A DNA stretch of 64,000 nt from Auanema rhodensis (GCA_964057225.1 OZ059899.1:6634001-6698000), one strand, 5' to 3'. Shown: positions 1-13,615, counted from the stretch's first letter. Translations and numbers: made by a program. The notes: generated from the sequence alone by a model not told the origin.

Positions 1-30
1 TTCACATAATAAATTAAACAAGCAATTTAG

Positions 31-3000
31 ATGAATTTTCTAAAAGCAATACAACAGACTCAGCAGGTCCTTAATACTGCTACTCAATATTATCAAGATT
101 TTAAGAATCAAGCTAAGGAAAAACCAACAGAGGTAGAATTAATTAACAGTAATTTTAAAGGAACATAGTTATATTAAAATTAGATTGAAAAAATATCAGA
201 CAGTAGATTAAAGAAAATGCTAAAGTTGGATAACCTCACTAATTTTTCTTGTCATTCTGAATCCAATTCAAGTGGCGCCTGTTTCTATGCCATATACATA
301 CCAGAAGCCAAAGTAAGATTAATAATTGTTTTCAACCTACTCTGAAAGTTTTCAGTCAGTATATAAATCAGTGGATGAAAAATTAGTTCGCCAGTTATGT
401 GTTAAACTCAATCCGTTGGGAAGTGTAAATGGTATTGTACATGTTTAATAGTTTTTAAAGTTTTTTTTATATAGGTTCTAATCTTGATTCCCTCATGAAA
501 ATTGTATGGGATGAACCAGATTGGTCTACGCTTCACTATGCCGTAGCTTGCGGAATTATACCTTACTTGAATACTGTTCTCCAAAAGGATAAAGAATTGT
601 TCGATTCTTTTCTAACTCTGTATGAACATAGCTATTTTTAGAGTTTTCAATCATGCTTCATGTGATGGAAAATTACCTTTGAACATTGCTGCGGAAAAAA
701 AGCAAATAGGCGTTCTTCAACTGCTATTGAAGGAAGGTTTGTCTGACAAAGCGTGCCCTTGATTCTCTTTTCTTATTTAGGTGCACCTCTTCATCAGCAA
801 GATGCTTTGGGACGTACTGTTGTTCATTGGGCTGCTGCTTCTGATGCAGCCATTCTACAAGTAGATTTCCCATTGGTAATCGATTTAAAAATTGTTCTTC
901 TAGGAACTTTCATGTTCACCTAACTTCCAAGCCGGATTATTAGTATTGGATGGAGATGGAATGTCTCCTCTTTCTTTAGCCATTCGAGCGTCAAATTTTG
1001 ATACTGTTCAGCTACTAATGGGTATTGAGTAAAGTTAAGATATATTTCAATGACCAAAAGTTGTAGGTCTCTCCGCTCCACTGGGACCATTAAAATCAGG
1101 CCCGTTATTAAATGCAGTTGTTAACTTGCCATATAAAGATCCGCTAGGAAAGTAAGTTATCTTTGAGTTTCTAGTTGAGTTAGTTAGTATTATCACGGTT
1201 TTATTTCCAAAAATTCACGTAAATGTTCACATTCTTTTGTTTCTGGGGATTCTATTTTGACCGATCAAACTCAGGTCAAATGATCATGCCATACCCGGTG
1301 TATTATGTTCACCTTTAGTGCGATGCAATAATACATTTTTTTTCCCAGAATTTTGGAGCTTATAACAATAGTTTCACCATCAGTTGTGGAACAAGTTGAT
1401 GGAAGTGGTCGAACAGTTTTACATAAATCGCTCGATAAGAGAGTGTTGATTGCTATCTTAAAAAACAGTGCTGAACATATAGATATTAACAAAAAAGATA
1501 ACCAAGGGAATACACCTCTTCATTCGGCTGTAGAAAGAGGTTTCTAAATATATTTTTCTCAAAGCAGATAATCTTGTATTGTGTCAGGGGATTTGGAAAA
1601 TGTTATTGGTCTTCTAACTTGTGGCGCAGATGCTAATGTTTTCAATGGTCAGGAGGAAACACCTCTTATGAAAGCGGTCCAGGTGAAAAAAAAATGTTTT
1701 TCGCTTTCATAATAGGATTATTTATATTTAGAATGCACAATTTGTATTGGTTAAAACTCTTATATTATTTGATGCCGATATCTCTTTAAAGAATAGGAGA
1801 GGTGAAGATGTTTTCAAATATTCAAGTAGTTCAAAAAAGAGGTTTTTTTTTTGCTATGAAGTCTAATAAATTTCTTATTTTCTAGGGCTGATATTGAATT
1901 AATTCTTAAACAGGCACTTCTACCATCGAATGTTGCGCTTATTCCTAGCAATGGTATGATTCTCGATGATAAAGAAAATTAAGAAAGGATTGCAGCATTT
2001 GACGAATTCGCCCAACAACTTGCTATTGGATATCAAAACTCGCTCACGGACAAAGATACCAAAGTAATTAATTTACTTTCTCTTGATGGAGGTGGAATTC
2101 GAGGATTAGTTCTTATTCAGGTTGTTGTATCAATCTATCTTTTTCATTATTTAACATTTAGATAATTCTTGAATTGGAGAAAAGAGCAGGAAAGTCTATT
2201 TTACCATATTTCCATTGGCTAGCCGGTACTTCAACTGGCGCTATTTTGGCTCTTGCCTTAGCTCAGGAAAAAGATGCACGTCATTGCAGGAATTTATATT
2301 TTAAATTAAAGGTAGTTTTATGGATAATACGCTTTTTGTTATTCAATGTTAAAGGATGACGTGTTCCAAGGCAGTCGACCATTTGATGCAAGTAGATTAG
2401 AAGAGCTCTTAAAAACCGAATATGGCCCTGAAACTACAATGGAAAAAATTAGCGAGAAAAAAAAGTTTTCTTAAACTATTTGTAATGTTTACAATTGTTA
2501 CTGTTAAGGGTTCTGGTGACAACATGCCGCGGAAATATCAATCCCCCGGAAGCTCGTTTGATAAGATCGTACAATGCGCCTAAGAAGTCTACCGATGAAG
2601 TGGAACCATCCAAAATTTTAGCTTGGCATGCTGCTCGTTGTTCGAGGTTTTCATAATCTGTTGTTATTTACTTTATATTATTTTAGTGCTGCGCCTTCGT
2701 ATTTCAATCCAGTAGATGGGAAATGGATGGATGGTGGTCTTGTTGCCAATAATCCATCTTGCGAGCTCTTAACCGATGTTCAAAATTATAATATCGCATG
2801 CAGAATGAAGGTATATTACTGAGGTTTTGTGCTATATAATGTTATTATTTTATCAGGGTAATACAGGAGCTGTTAGAGTTGGTTGTCTACTCTCTCTGGG
2901 TACAGGGCGTTCTCCACCTGTCTCAATTGATAAGGTAGACTTGGAGCTTCCTACTTTGTCTAATGTCATGGAAATTTTCTCAAAAATTACTTCATTAATT

Positions 3001-3339
3001 CACTTGAAAAATCTTCTAATTGAGCAGGTTTTGAACACATGATACAGTGTGACGTAATAATTGAATTGTCTTGTATTAGATTGCTGCCGCCGATGGAGTA
3101 GCGGTTTCTCGAGCAGAATCTTGGACTCATTCTTTGCCCGCCCCGTTCTTCCGTTTCTCACCTCTGTTATCTTCAACAGTTGAACTTGATGAGACGAGAG
3201 ATTATGTTCTTATCGAAATGATGTGGCAAACAAAGGTATCATCTTTTTTAACATTCTAAAAAGAAGAGTTTATTTTGAGGTGTATATGGCTTCGCAAGAA
3301 ACATCCGTTCAACAGCTGGTTAGCTATTTGATTAAATGA
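31..3339 (+). CDS. Calcium-independent phospholipase A2 (iPLA2/PLA2G6-like; ankyrin repeats + patatin domain), multi-exon
   Basis: ATG at 31 follows a TTTAG acceptor (MNFLKAIQQ...). Ankyrin motifs include GRTVVHWAA, GNTPLHSAVERG and ETPLMKAV. Patatin motifs are SLDGGGIRG (~2080-2105), nucleophile GTSTG (~2225) and DGG (~2730). Stop TGA at 3337-3339. Confidence 0.93.
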
Positions 3340-5060
3340 TCAAATTTGCCGATATTATAGCTAACATTTGAATTACACACGATATATTGCCTGTGTTATT
3401 TATTATCCTGTCAAAAAAATATCTAGTCTAATAGGGGCTCGTAGAGTTCTGCATAATTTGGTTGTAACCAGTATTCACTTTGCTTCGTTTAAACTTACTG
3501 TGATTGTGTCGCTTTGAAATTTTAAAGGAATATGTTTTACTACTTGTGTTTTACTTTTAATTTCGTAAATATCGAGTAATATATTTTTGTGTTGTTATAT
3601 CTGATCGTTTTTTGATCGTAGCGTAATCGTCAGTTAAATATTTTGTATTCTCATTTTGCTTAGTCTCTTTCTCTCTCTTTCTCTTTCTCTCTCGTTCTGT
3701 CTCAATGCAACAATGCCTTTTAACTTCAAGATAAACGAGATAGCTCTTAAATTTTGACTTGGTAGACTTCACGTTTCGCATAACAAACTATAATTCCGAA
3801 ATTTTCTTTTCAAGATTTCCCAATTTACATTTTTTTTGTTGGATAATGTACCTTGGTCATTCGTGAATGTCATTCGTTACTTTGAACATTAACCGGGTTA
3901 ACTGGCTTTTCGAATTCTACTAATTCATAACTTCTACATAATTCGCATTTGTTTCTCGTTTAATATATTTTCATTTCTTTATATCTTGTTTTAAACCTGC
4001 GCTTATGCCCGTTTTCTCACTCGCTGTGATCTTTGTTGTCTTTCCAAATTGTCTAAAGCATTACTCACCGTTACTCTATTTCTCATTCCCTTTCCCATAT
4101 TGTGCGCACGAATTAGTCAATAGTTGTCTCCAAAAATCTAGGTTTACCGCCTACACTAATTCCAATTTGAACTTAGTCTCGCCCAATACTTGACTCTTTA
4201 CACTTGACTGTTTCATATTTCCTTTGTTATGATTTAATCATTTCTTTCATACTTCTTTTCTTCTTTTAAATTACGCTCTTTTATTGATTCGTTAAAGTGT
4301 TTTTTATTGATTACCCTGTTAAGATAAGAATCATTTCCAAATCTCATCATTTTCAAACAAATTTACGTTCAATCTCTTTGCCAAACACTGTTATCCTTTC
4401 TTCCCTGCTCTATATTAGCTGTATCAGTTGTTTTCTTCCAAATAATCTATCTTTTTTTGCGGTCTTCTAGGTACAGATAATCAAATCATCAAAGTATATC
4501 GAAATTTGATCATTTGATCTTTGAACGACCGTCAGTCAGAAGGCTACACCTCTCGTTGTTTCGGATGCTTTCACGGAAACGATATTTGTCGTTTTTTCGA
4601 TGGCAATGCCATCGTTACATTTATAAGTCTTCTTGACCTAAGATTTGATGAAACGTATGTTCTCGGAAAACTTCAGGAGACACCTTTTTTCCCTCCATTG
4701 TGTCAACGTAGATGCCGCCTCTGTTGCTCCGCCTCAATTCAGTTTTGCCCCACTGTCATGGAGAAGAGAGAGAGCGCATATATTACCGCAAACACCAATA
4801 CGAGTTTCCTATCCATCTTCTAGTTGTTCCAATCATTTCTTTCTCTAATATGCCGACGAAACCGCTAAAAAAGAATTTTCATAATATAATTGAACCTTCT
4901 CAATAACATTTCTGTAGAGCAAGACATTAAATATTCTCTCGAGCATATTGACATGTCTTCACATAGGAATATTCCAAATCTAGTTATTTAAAGGAAGTAA
5001 ATATTCAACCTACGTTAAAAATTTGATCACAGCCAGTTTGTTGTCTCGCAGCACAAGATA

Positions 5061-7413
5061 ATGGCCAACCACAGAGGAATGAAACGCAAGTTTGACAGTG
5101 AGTTTTATGTTTGACTTTTTGATCTTTGAACAATTGAATGTATGTTTTTCTCTACTTTAGTTTGTATGATGTTATTTTCAGGAATATCTGGCCTTACTTC
5201 AGTAGTGGATAAATACAGAGGCCTAGACCAATCTGGCATGGTTCAGGTAAATCTTGCTTAAACCATTAATGGAAATATAGAAAAAAATTAAAAAGAATTC
5301 TGTCCAGGTATGCTATATTTGGATCGATGGCACTGGGGAGCATTTACGCTCAAAGTCAAAAACATTGGACTTCGAGCCTCGCTCACCTGATGGTGAGGCT
5401 GTACGCGATATACCATATATTAAAGTTGAATTCAGAGATTCCTATTTGGAATTTCGACGGAACTTCAACCGGCCAAGCTGTTGGTGATGTTTCTGACATT
5501 TTTATAAAGGTCCGATGAAATATTCATAATGTGATACTATGTGATTAATTTAAGCCTGTAGCTATCTATCGGGATCCTTTCCGACCAGGCCCGAACAAAC
5601 TTGTTTTATGCGAAACTTTGGATAGTGATTACAAAGCTACGCGTAAGTACTAAATACTATGATGCTCATCCCTGTTTGTTTGCTTTGTAGTCACCAATAA
5701 TCGAAGAGAATGTCTTCAAGTAATGGAAAAAGCAGCCGATCAGAAGCCATGGTTTGGAATGGAACAAGTGAGAATAAGCAATTGAAAATACTAAAATACT
5801 TTTATAATTATAGGAGTACACTTTATTGGATATTGATCATCATCCTTACGGCTGGCCCAAACACGGGTATCCAGCACCTCAGGGTGAGTACACATTATTT
5901 CAATCGAAATATATTATGAAACGAAATGAACCGATCGAGGTACTTAAGTATTGTATTGAACATCGGAAAATCAGAAACAAAAGCTACGATAAGAACTTTT
6001 GAAACATGATTCTCCGTTTGATCAAGCGTACTAACCCCCATCGGTTTTTTAGTAACTTCTCTGAGTTCTTTGAATTCAGAGCAGTATGTCAAAAGGATAT
6101 CAGGCGACAAAACCGGTGGTCCCTGTGTCGTCCGTAAGTTTTATGGTTCAAGTCTTCTCCGAGTCCTACCATTGCGTTGTTTCTCACTGTGATGCATCTG
6201 ATTTTGTGTATGCCAGTTGTGAATTTACCTTTTTAAGCCAATGTTTGGTAGAAGGTCTTGTAGTAGTAGGGTACCTCTTAACTTTTAGATGTTTTCCGGG
6301 GAACTAGGGAAATTTATTCCAAGATCCCGGGTGCATCGCAACCTCATAGTTTTATTATAGGCCCATACTATTGTGGTGTAGGAGTCGACAAAGTTTATGG
6401 TCGAGAACTTGTTGAGGCCCACTACAGAGCATGTATGTATGCAGGAATCAAAATTAGTGGCATAAATGCGGAAACTATGCCTGCTCAGGTAATTTCCTGG
6501 ACCTTTAAGCTCTATTTTTTGATATACCTCCGACACCGTTAAATTCGAATTAAAACCTAAGTTATAGTGGGAATACCAAGTTGGTCCATGCGAAGGAATC
6601 GAAATGGGTGATCAATTATGGGTAGCGAGATATATCATGCATAGGTTTGTACGGAAAGAACTGTGAAAAAATTAAACATTACTACAGAATATGTGAAGAC
6701 TTTGGGGTTGTTTGTTCTCTTGATCCTAAGCCCATTCTTGGAGATTGGAATGGTGCAGGTTGCCATTGCAATTTCTCCACGAAGAAAATGCGTGACACTA
6801 ACGGCTATAAGTGAGAATTTATTCATTAAGCAAACCTAACATACTATATAGACACATAGAAGAAGCTATTCAACGATTGTCAGATGTTCATCTGGAACAC
6901 ATTGCTTATTACGATCCACATGGTTAGCGAAATTAGAAAAAAATGAAAAAGAAACCTAACATATGTAGGTGGTCGAGATAATGAACGTCGACTGACCGGT
7001 GCTCATGAAACTGAAAATATCGATGCGTTCTCCTCAGGGGTAGCCAACCGTCAGTGTTCTATTCGTGTACCTAAACAGGTTTATGACGACAAATGTGTAA
7101 GTTCTCAACCTTTAGTTTTCGTGTTTTGATCTTTTGATCAGTTTTCTTTGGATTTTTTTTGTTTTGATGATCTTTAATCTAATAGATTTTGCACCTATTA
7201 CTTTAGGGGTATCTTGAGGACAGACGGCCGTCCTCTAACTGTGATCCGTACACAGGTACTGAGTTTTTTTGATCTTTTTTTATTCAAAATTCCTAATATT
7301 TTGATGTTTGGTTATCATTCATGTTTTTTTCAGTAACTGCAGCATTGGTTAAAACCTGCTGCTTATCCGGAGCCGATAGAAAACTTTCAATGACATACGT
7401 ACCAAATTTTTAA
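5061..7413 (+). CDS. GLUL: Glutamine synthetase (type II), multi-exon
   Basis: Spliced translation: [24 protein letters not shown]...[14 protein letters not shown]...[11 protein letters not shown]...PWFGMEQEY...GPYYCGVG...[19 protein letters not shown]...[13 protein letters not shown]...RLTGAHET...[15 protein letters not shown]. Stop TAA at 7411-7413. The symbol is that of the vertebrate orthologue; the nematode gln paralogue is not assigned. Confidence 0.96.
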
Positions 7414-8059
7414 GTATTAGACTAAGATGCTAGGATGAACGACAGGTTTCTCTGAATATATTATATCAAGCTTTTATCTTTCACATTGTTCATTCATTCC
7501 TGAAATGGGTGTAATGTAACACCTTTAAGTTGTGATAGTCCGCTGTTTCCATTTTCTTAACTAATAGTTTAAATCCTAAGTCCAAACATCGGGTGCTTAG
7601 TGCTTCATTTCATAGTCCCATTGTGTCTGTAATTGGCTTACAGGATTTTTTTGTTATTTTACTTTTATCATTATACCTATGTTTGGGCTAAGTTCTTTCT
7701 ACGTACGTCCCGATGTTAACTTGTAGTTGGTTATAATTGGATTCAAATGGAAGTTTAAATTTTTTACTTTCCAACTTCCACTAATGAGCTCTACAATCTT
7801 ATTATTATTATCAAGACCTGTGCACTTTGAATACTGCACTGTTTTATTATTTGAATAAAATATTAACTTGGATTCATTAATTTGAAAGAAACATTTAAAA
7901 ATTATTATTTATTAAGTTTTCTGTTTATTATGCAACAATGTAGCGCTTAATCTATAAGCTTCAGGTTCACTAATTCTGTTCAGAAAAAGTAGAACTTTAA
8001 AAAATATAATCTTTAAATAGTCTTTAAAATATTTTTTTGGCAGCAGCTTTCGATGGAGA

Positions 8060-11000
8060 TCACATAACTCTCTTCTGTTGAGCTCTTACTCGAAGAGGAA
8101 CACGTTCGCAGGGATCCAATGTATAGATAAGTTGAGGTAAAAAGATCATTGCGTGAGTCAAACCTATAATTATTGAAATAAAATAACTATTGTATTAAAT
8201 TCTAAACTGACCGATGATGTTAACAAGATATACAGTTTGGAAGAAAACTCTCACAAGATATGCAGGTACAAAAGCTGTACTGAACAAACCAAACAACGTT
8301 GAACTAACTGCTTGTGTGATTGGCCAAGCAACACTCCGAAGAGTATCTTTCAACTGAAATTAATTTGTAGTTTGTATTCTTCATTGTTGAATACCTTATC
8401 TGATGCTTTGAGATATTCAGATCTATGGTAACGATAGCAAATATGCACGGAATAATCAATAGCTAATCCGATAGCCATAACAATACAACCCATACTGGAA
8501 GGATATTGAAACGATAACTTGAACATTATATATAAGATTTACCTAACAGAATCCAGATCTGAACCAAGCAGAGCTAATCCTCCACAAACTCCCATAGATA
8601 TTGAAAGAAGGGACCATGTCATTAAGAATACGGATTGCTGAAAATTTTTAAAAATATATAATATATTCTATATAATTTGAAATTTTGAATAATTACATAA
8701 TATCAAACAATTGACTAACTTTATCTGGTAAGAAGAAGAAGGAAATAAGAGCCATCATAGCCAAAGCAGATCCAATTGTTTGCATTGAAGATGGAGCAAT
8801 TGTTTTACGTTGATCAATCAAGAAAGGACTAAAATAAAACAATGTTATCAATTATGTTTAAAGAAACAACATAAATCTAAAAAAAATCGAAAATTTTGTA
8901 TTTACCTGAAAATTCCGGAAAGGAAGAGATCGTACTCAGGATATTCATTAAGAATAGCTCTCCAGTGATAAAGTTCAGCTAAAAGAATATAATATAATTT
9001 TTTTATTATTATATTTTTAGGTTATGTTGGACGAAAATAAAATTACCTTGTCGCTTATCCCAACTGTCCAAACCATAGAAAGATGTTTGGAATGTAAAAG
9101 CAGAAATACAAGGATCTTTATTTGTGGTATTAGTGATAATCTTAACTTTGTCTAAAATTTTTATAATAAATAACTTTAAAATAATATTAGTCAGACCTCT
9201 ATATTGACTATAATCAAGTTGTTCAAAGAAATTCTTCATTAATGCTTTGTCATAGAAATCTCTTCCGATTTCAACATTTGGAAAATCGTTCAAATACTGT
9301 TGATACTCCCAAATCCATAAGTTGGTGGACACCTTAAAAATAAAAAAAATAATTGTATATTGTTGATGGGAACAGTTTTAAAGTAACTTACGCGTCCAAT
9401 AGAGAAATTTGTGTGCTCAAGTCTGAAAACAAGTTCATTGAACTTAGCACGGTTTCCAGGGACACGTAAATCAGGAGGATTCATAACATGGAACGTAGGT
9501 TGAACGTTATCAGCCCAAATATATTTATCTTAAAATGTAATATATTTAATGAAATGATAAAATAAAGAACAAACCAGCAAGAGCAACAAAAGTTTGAATA
9601 GGAGAGTTATCACGAATGTACTTGACAGGAGAAATATCAACCTGCAAATATATATATTATTTGATAAAAATAATTAAGTTGAAAAACATACTTTCAGAAT
9701 ACAACATCCATACAAGGAAAATGCTGTATAGAATAAGAAAGCTAATAAGCTGACAATGCGAACATCCTTTCGTAGCACAAATGGTGCAAACTTATCTCCA
9801 AAGAATTTGTGCATATACGGTACTATAATATCAATTTAATGTTGATTGAATAAGTTATAGTTTTCTTATAATCTTACAGCTTTCAGCAATAGCATGATGT
9901 TGACAGTCAATATCACTTTCATCAATTGATGATTTTCTTGCTTCTTCTGTTTGTACAATATCATCATCGGGAGTTACCTATAAAACTAAAATATACAAAA
10001 AAGTATTTATAGATAAATTACTTCATCGTCATTCTTCTTGTAGCACATAGTGGCCAAACCTCCAGTCTTTTCGCGATGACCAGAATATACAAGAACGGCG
10101 GCAAAGAACGTAAGCTGGAATAAAAATATTATTATTTTTCTTATTTATGAAGAAAAATAAAATATAAATAATATTTCACCTGCATAAAGTAATCTATTAA
10201 GACTCCAACAGCGGTGATGAGACAGAACTCAGCAACAGCAGGGGTTGAGCACATAAAATATCCAAGTCCTAAGGAGGTTTCATATCAAACTAACTAGCAA
10301 ATGTAGTTACCGAAACAGAAGAAATTGGTGAAAGACGTTACAGTGATAGACGCTCCAGCATCACCCATTACCAGTGCAATACGCTTTTGAACTGAAATCC
10401 TTTGATCTAATTCACGCCAAGCAGCTATCATAAGGAAATCGTCATCTACTCCTGAAAATTAAAACAATAAATGAATAAGAAAATAATAACAAACCTATTG
10501 CTAATACTAAGAAAGGCATAGTGGAAGTTACAGGATTGAAAGAAGCACCACACATGAAGAACAGGCCAAAAGTAATGATCAAAGCAAAAATAACGGACCA
10601 GACACCAAGGAACATTTCAACTGGCTTAGACCTGTAACTCGTGCTAGATAATAAAAAATCTTCTATCAAAAACAAACTTGGAACGAACGCCACTCCAATT
10701 AGAAAATATAACGAAGAACATAAGCATAAGAGTAGCTGGAGCAGCAAATGGCACCGTAGTCTCAATAATCTTCATCATTTCATCATCCATAGCTTTATCA
10801 CTTAAAAATTGAAAAATAAATATTTTCTAAACTAAATAGTAAACTTACTTATGAGGAATGAACTGCAAGTCAGACTTCTCAGAGAAATCATTCCAGAACT
10901 CTAGTAAACGTTCTCTATAGTGGAAGTATACATCATTATTCTCAGGGGTAGCTGGATAACGGATGAACCAGTGAATAGTTAATACACGAGCTCCTTGAAT

Positions 11001-12125
11001 TTCATTTTTCTCTCCTTTAACGTCAACCCCATAAATTACCTAAAGAAATTTAAAAAAATTACAATTTTTTAAATAATATTAATTTACATTTCCAATATCT
11101 TTAGGCTTATTAAAAAGATATAAAACAGGATAAGATAATTGAAGATTAGGATTAGTTTTAATTTTTCCATCTTTGAATAGAACATCAGCATGCTTAACCC
11201 ATATGTTCAAATCATTTTGACATCCCTAAATATATAATTTAATTAATGCCCAGGTATATTGTCTTACAAAAAACTTACACTAAGTTCGTCTCTTTGGCAA
11301 AAATCTTCAAATGAATATTCATTGTTTTTATAATCCATTGTAACTTCCATCATTTTATTGGTACCAGCATAGAGAGGTCCCAGATACTATAACATGGCTA
11401 TTATGTCATTATACTTATTCAATCATTCATACCTTTGATTGAAGCAGATTTTCAAATTTACGACTGACTACATAGAATCGGAGAATATCTGACTTCCACG
11501 CAACTAAATTATATTTGTTTCAGAGCTTTTTTGAATATTTTTAAAATGAAGTAATATAGTATTCGATTATATAGAAGTTTTAAGATATACACTGAATTAT
11601 TACCTCCTTTCTTTCTTGGTTGTCTAGGTTCTTTCTTTCTCATTCCCATTTTGATATCATCTTTTGCTTGTCGTCGGAATCTAGTAGTTATGTTAGCATC
11701 AGTGAATTCAGCAAATTCTCTGAATCCTTCCAAGTCTCTGCGCAGGCGGTCCATTTCAAAATCAGGAAGATGTCCATCTTCAAATGGATTCTCACTAATA
11801 TCTCTCCGATTTCTAAATTTTTCTATTAATTTCTGAAAACATTCACGAATAACCTGTTCGAGTTCAAATCACCTAGAGGCAATTTATTAAATTCTTGTGT
11901 TCTCTCAAATTCGTAACGAACTGGTGCATCTAATGGTACGAAAAGCTTGTACAAGTCCAAGTTAATTTTCAAAAAAAATAATCCAGGAGCACAAGCTAAT
12001 GTACAAAGCAATGGACCCCATAAGAACCATTTTGGATATTTTCCTAAGAATAGACCATACTGGTAGAAACTAGCTACCATCCAGTCCTCAAAGGCACGAC
12101 CATATTCGGAGAGCTTCGAGGGCAT
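8060..12125 (-). CDS. Patched-related (PTR) sterol-sensing-domain / RND-type membrane protein, multi-exon
   Basis: Starts MPSKLSEYGRAFEDW...KINLDLYKLFVP. The SSD carries MPFLVLAIGVDDDFLMIAAW and GASITVTSFTNFFCF. The second half carries IGLAIDYSVH and ends GLTHAMIFLPQL...KRVM*. It resembles ptr-23 from memory (unverified). Confidence 0.93.
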
Positions 12126-12415
12126 TACCCTCTGAAAGAAATTTCTTTAAAAAGATTTTCCATTTATTGAACAAAAATTTTCATCAACTCAAAGAAAAAA
12201 CACTGCAACTTCAAACCGATGATTGAAGGGATTCATTTTGAATAAAAGGAAAAAGTAGGACAGTACGGTTTCAGATGATTTGAACATTTTGAAATCAACA
12301 ATATTCTTTGAAGAAGAGAAAAAGAAATAAGAAAATGAAAAATAAATATTATAAAAGTATATATATTTAATAAATATATACATATGTATCTATAAAGAAT
12401 ACAAAGTTTGTGTGA

Positions 12416-13373
12416 ATATTAGGTCAGAAGATAGATAAAATACAAACTGGTAAAATGATTCTCGTAATCGTCAAGACCACAAATAATAGGATGACGTGAA
12501 TGTATTACATAAAGCAAGTAAAGTGCCTGATACTGTCTGGGGGAGAGATGGTATGTAGGCCACTAGGAAACAGATACGGAGAAATCAACAGGTGATTAGG
12601 CAATTTGCCAGTTTCGAGATTTTTCTAAGAAATGCATGGTTTAGATATGAAATGTAAAAGTTGAGGAGGAAAACGAAATAAACAAGAAAAATGAAGAAAA
12701 TAGTTGAAACGTATTTCGTTTTATATAATTTCGATTCAAATACAACAGTCAACTGCAATTTTAAGATTAAGAGAAGAAGTTTAGCTAGGGTTTTCAAATT
12801 CAAATATAAAATGAAATAGCTAGTGAATTTGATAACGATTCATCTATGAAGGTTAACAATCCCTGAAGATATGAGGCCAACATGAACAGCTCGAAGGAGG
12901 TCGAGGGAACTTAGAAAAGGTCAAAACTATTGGGGGTTGATGGCCTGAACACATCAAACCATAGTCTTGATGAGGAGGACCTACACTATCCAACAGTTGC
13001 TTAGCGCCAGAAGTGTCGTCGTCCTGATATGGGGACATGGTCGAATGACCTGGTTTTGTAGACTGTCTCTAAGAACAGAATCATAGACAGAGAAAGAAAC
13101 GTGAAAACGATGAAAACCAAGGATTAGATGGGATATTTGAGAGAGAAAGAGAGAAACACAGATAAAAAGGTTGAGAGGACGATGAACGAAAGCCATCGTT
13201 ACTAGTGGCCTCCAAAGTCTTAAACGGTCAATTCATCTCTTCTTCTCATCTCTTGTCCACAACTCTTTTACTAACCACGATCACCGATTGCTTGTACCCG
13301 TTCGTCACTGAATTGGTATCGTCATGAAATGATGAAGAAGCAAATCAAAAGGTAAGGAAATTAATAAGGGTCA
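12416..13373. promoter_or_regulatory. Nuclear-receptor (ROR/NHR-23-type) half-sites upstream of the ptr gene
   Basis: ATATTAGGTCA (12416), AGAAAAGGTCA (12913), TGACCT (13046) and AATAAGGGTCA (13363). Confidence 0.35.
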
Positions 13374-13615
13374 TATATACGTTTCTTGATTAAAGATTGA
13401 AAAAAAAATAAAAAATTCATTGAAGTAATAGATGATTTTTTGATGTTTTAATGAGCTTCATTATTTTATTGAAAACTAGTAATATATTGTATTTATACAC
13501 AAATAATGAAATCAAATAGTATAATAAAATATAATGATATCATCACATAACCATATATCATATATAAACAGAAACATAACTGTCAAAGCTTGATTTCACA
13601 TGGATTTCACTATCT

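Noticed and set aside
6288-6345. H/ACA snoRNA as an explanation for the GS intron hairpins
   Set aside because: No ACA triplet follows the 3' hairpin and there is no clear ANANNA hinge. An Rfam search is still needed to exclude it fully.
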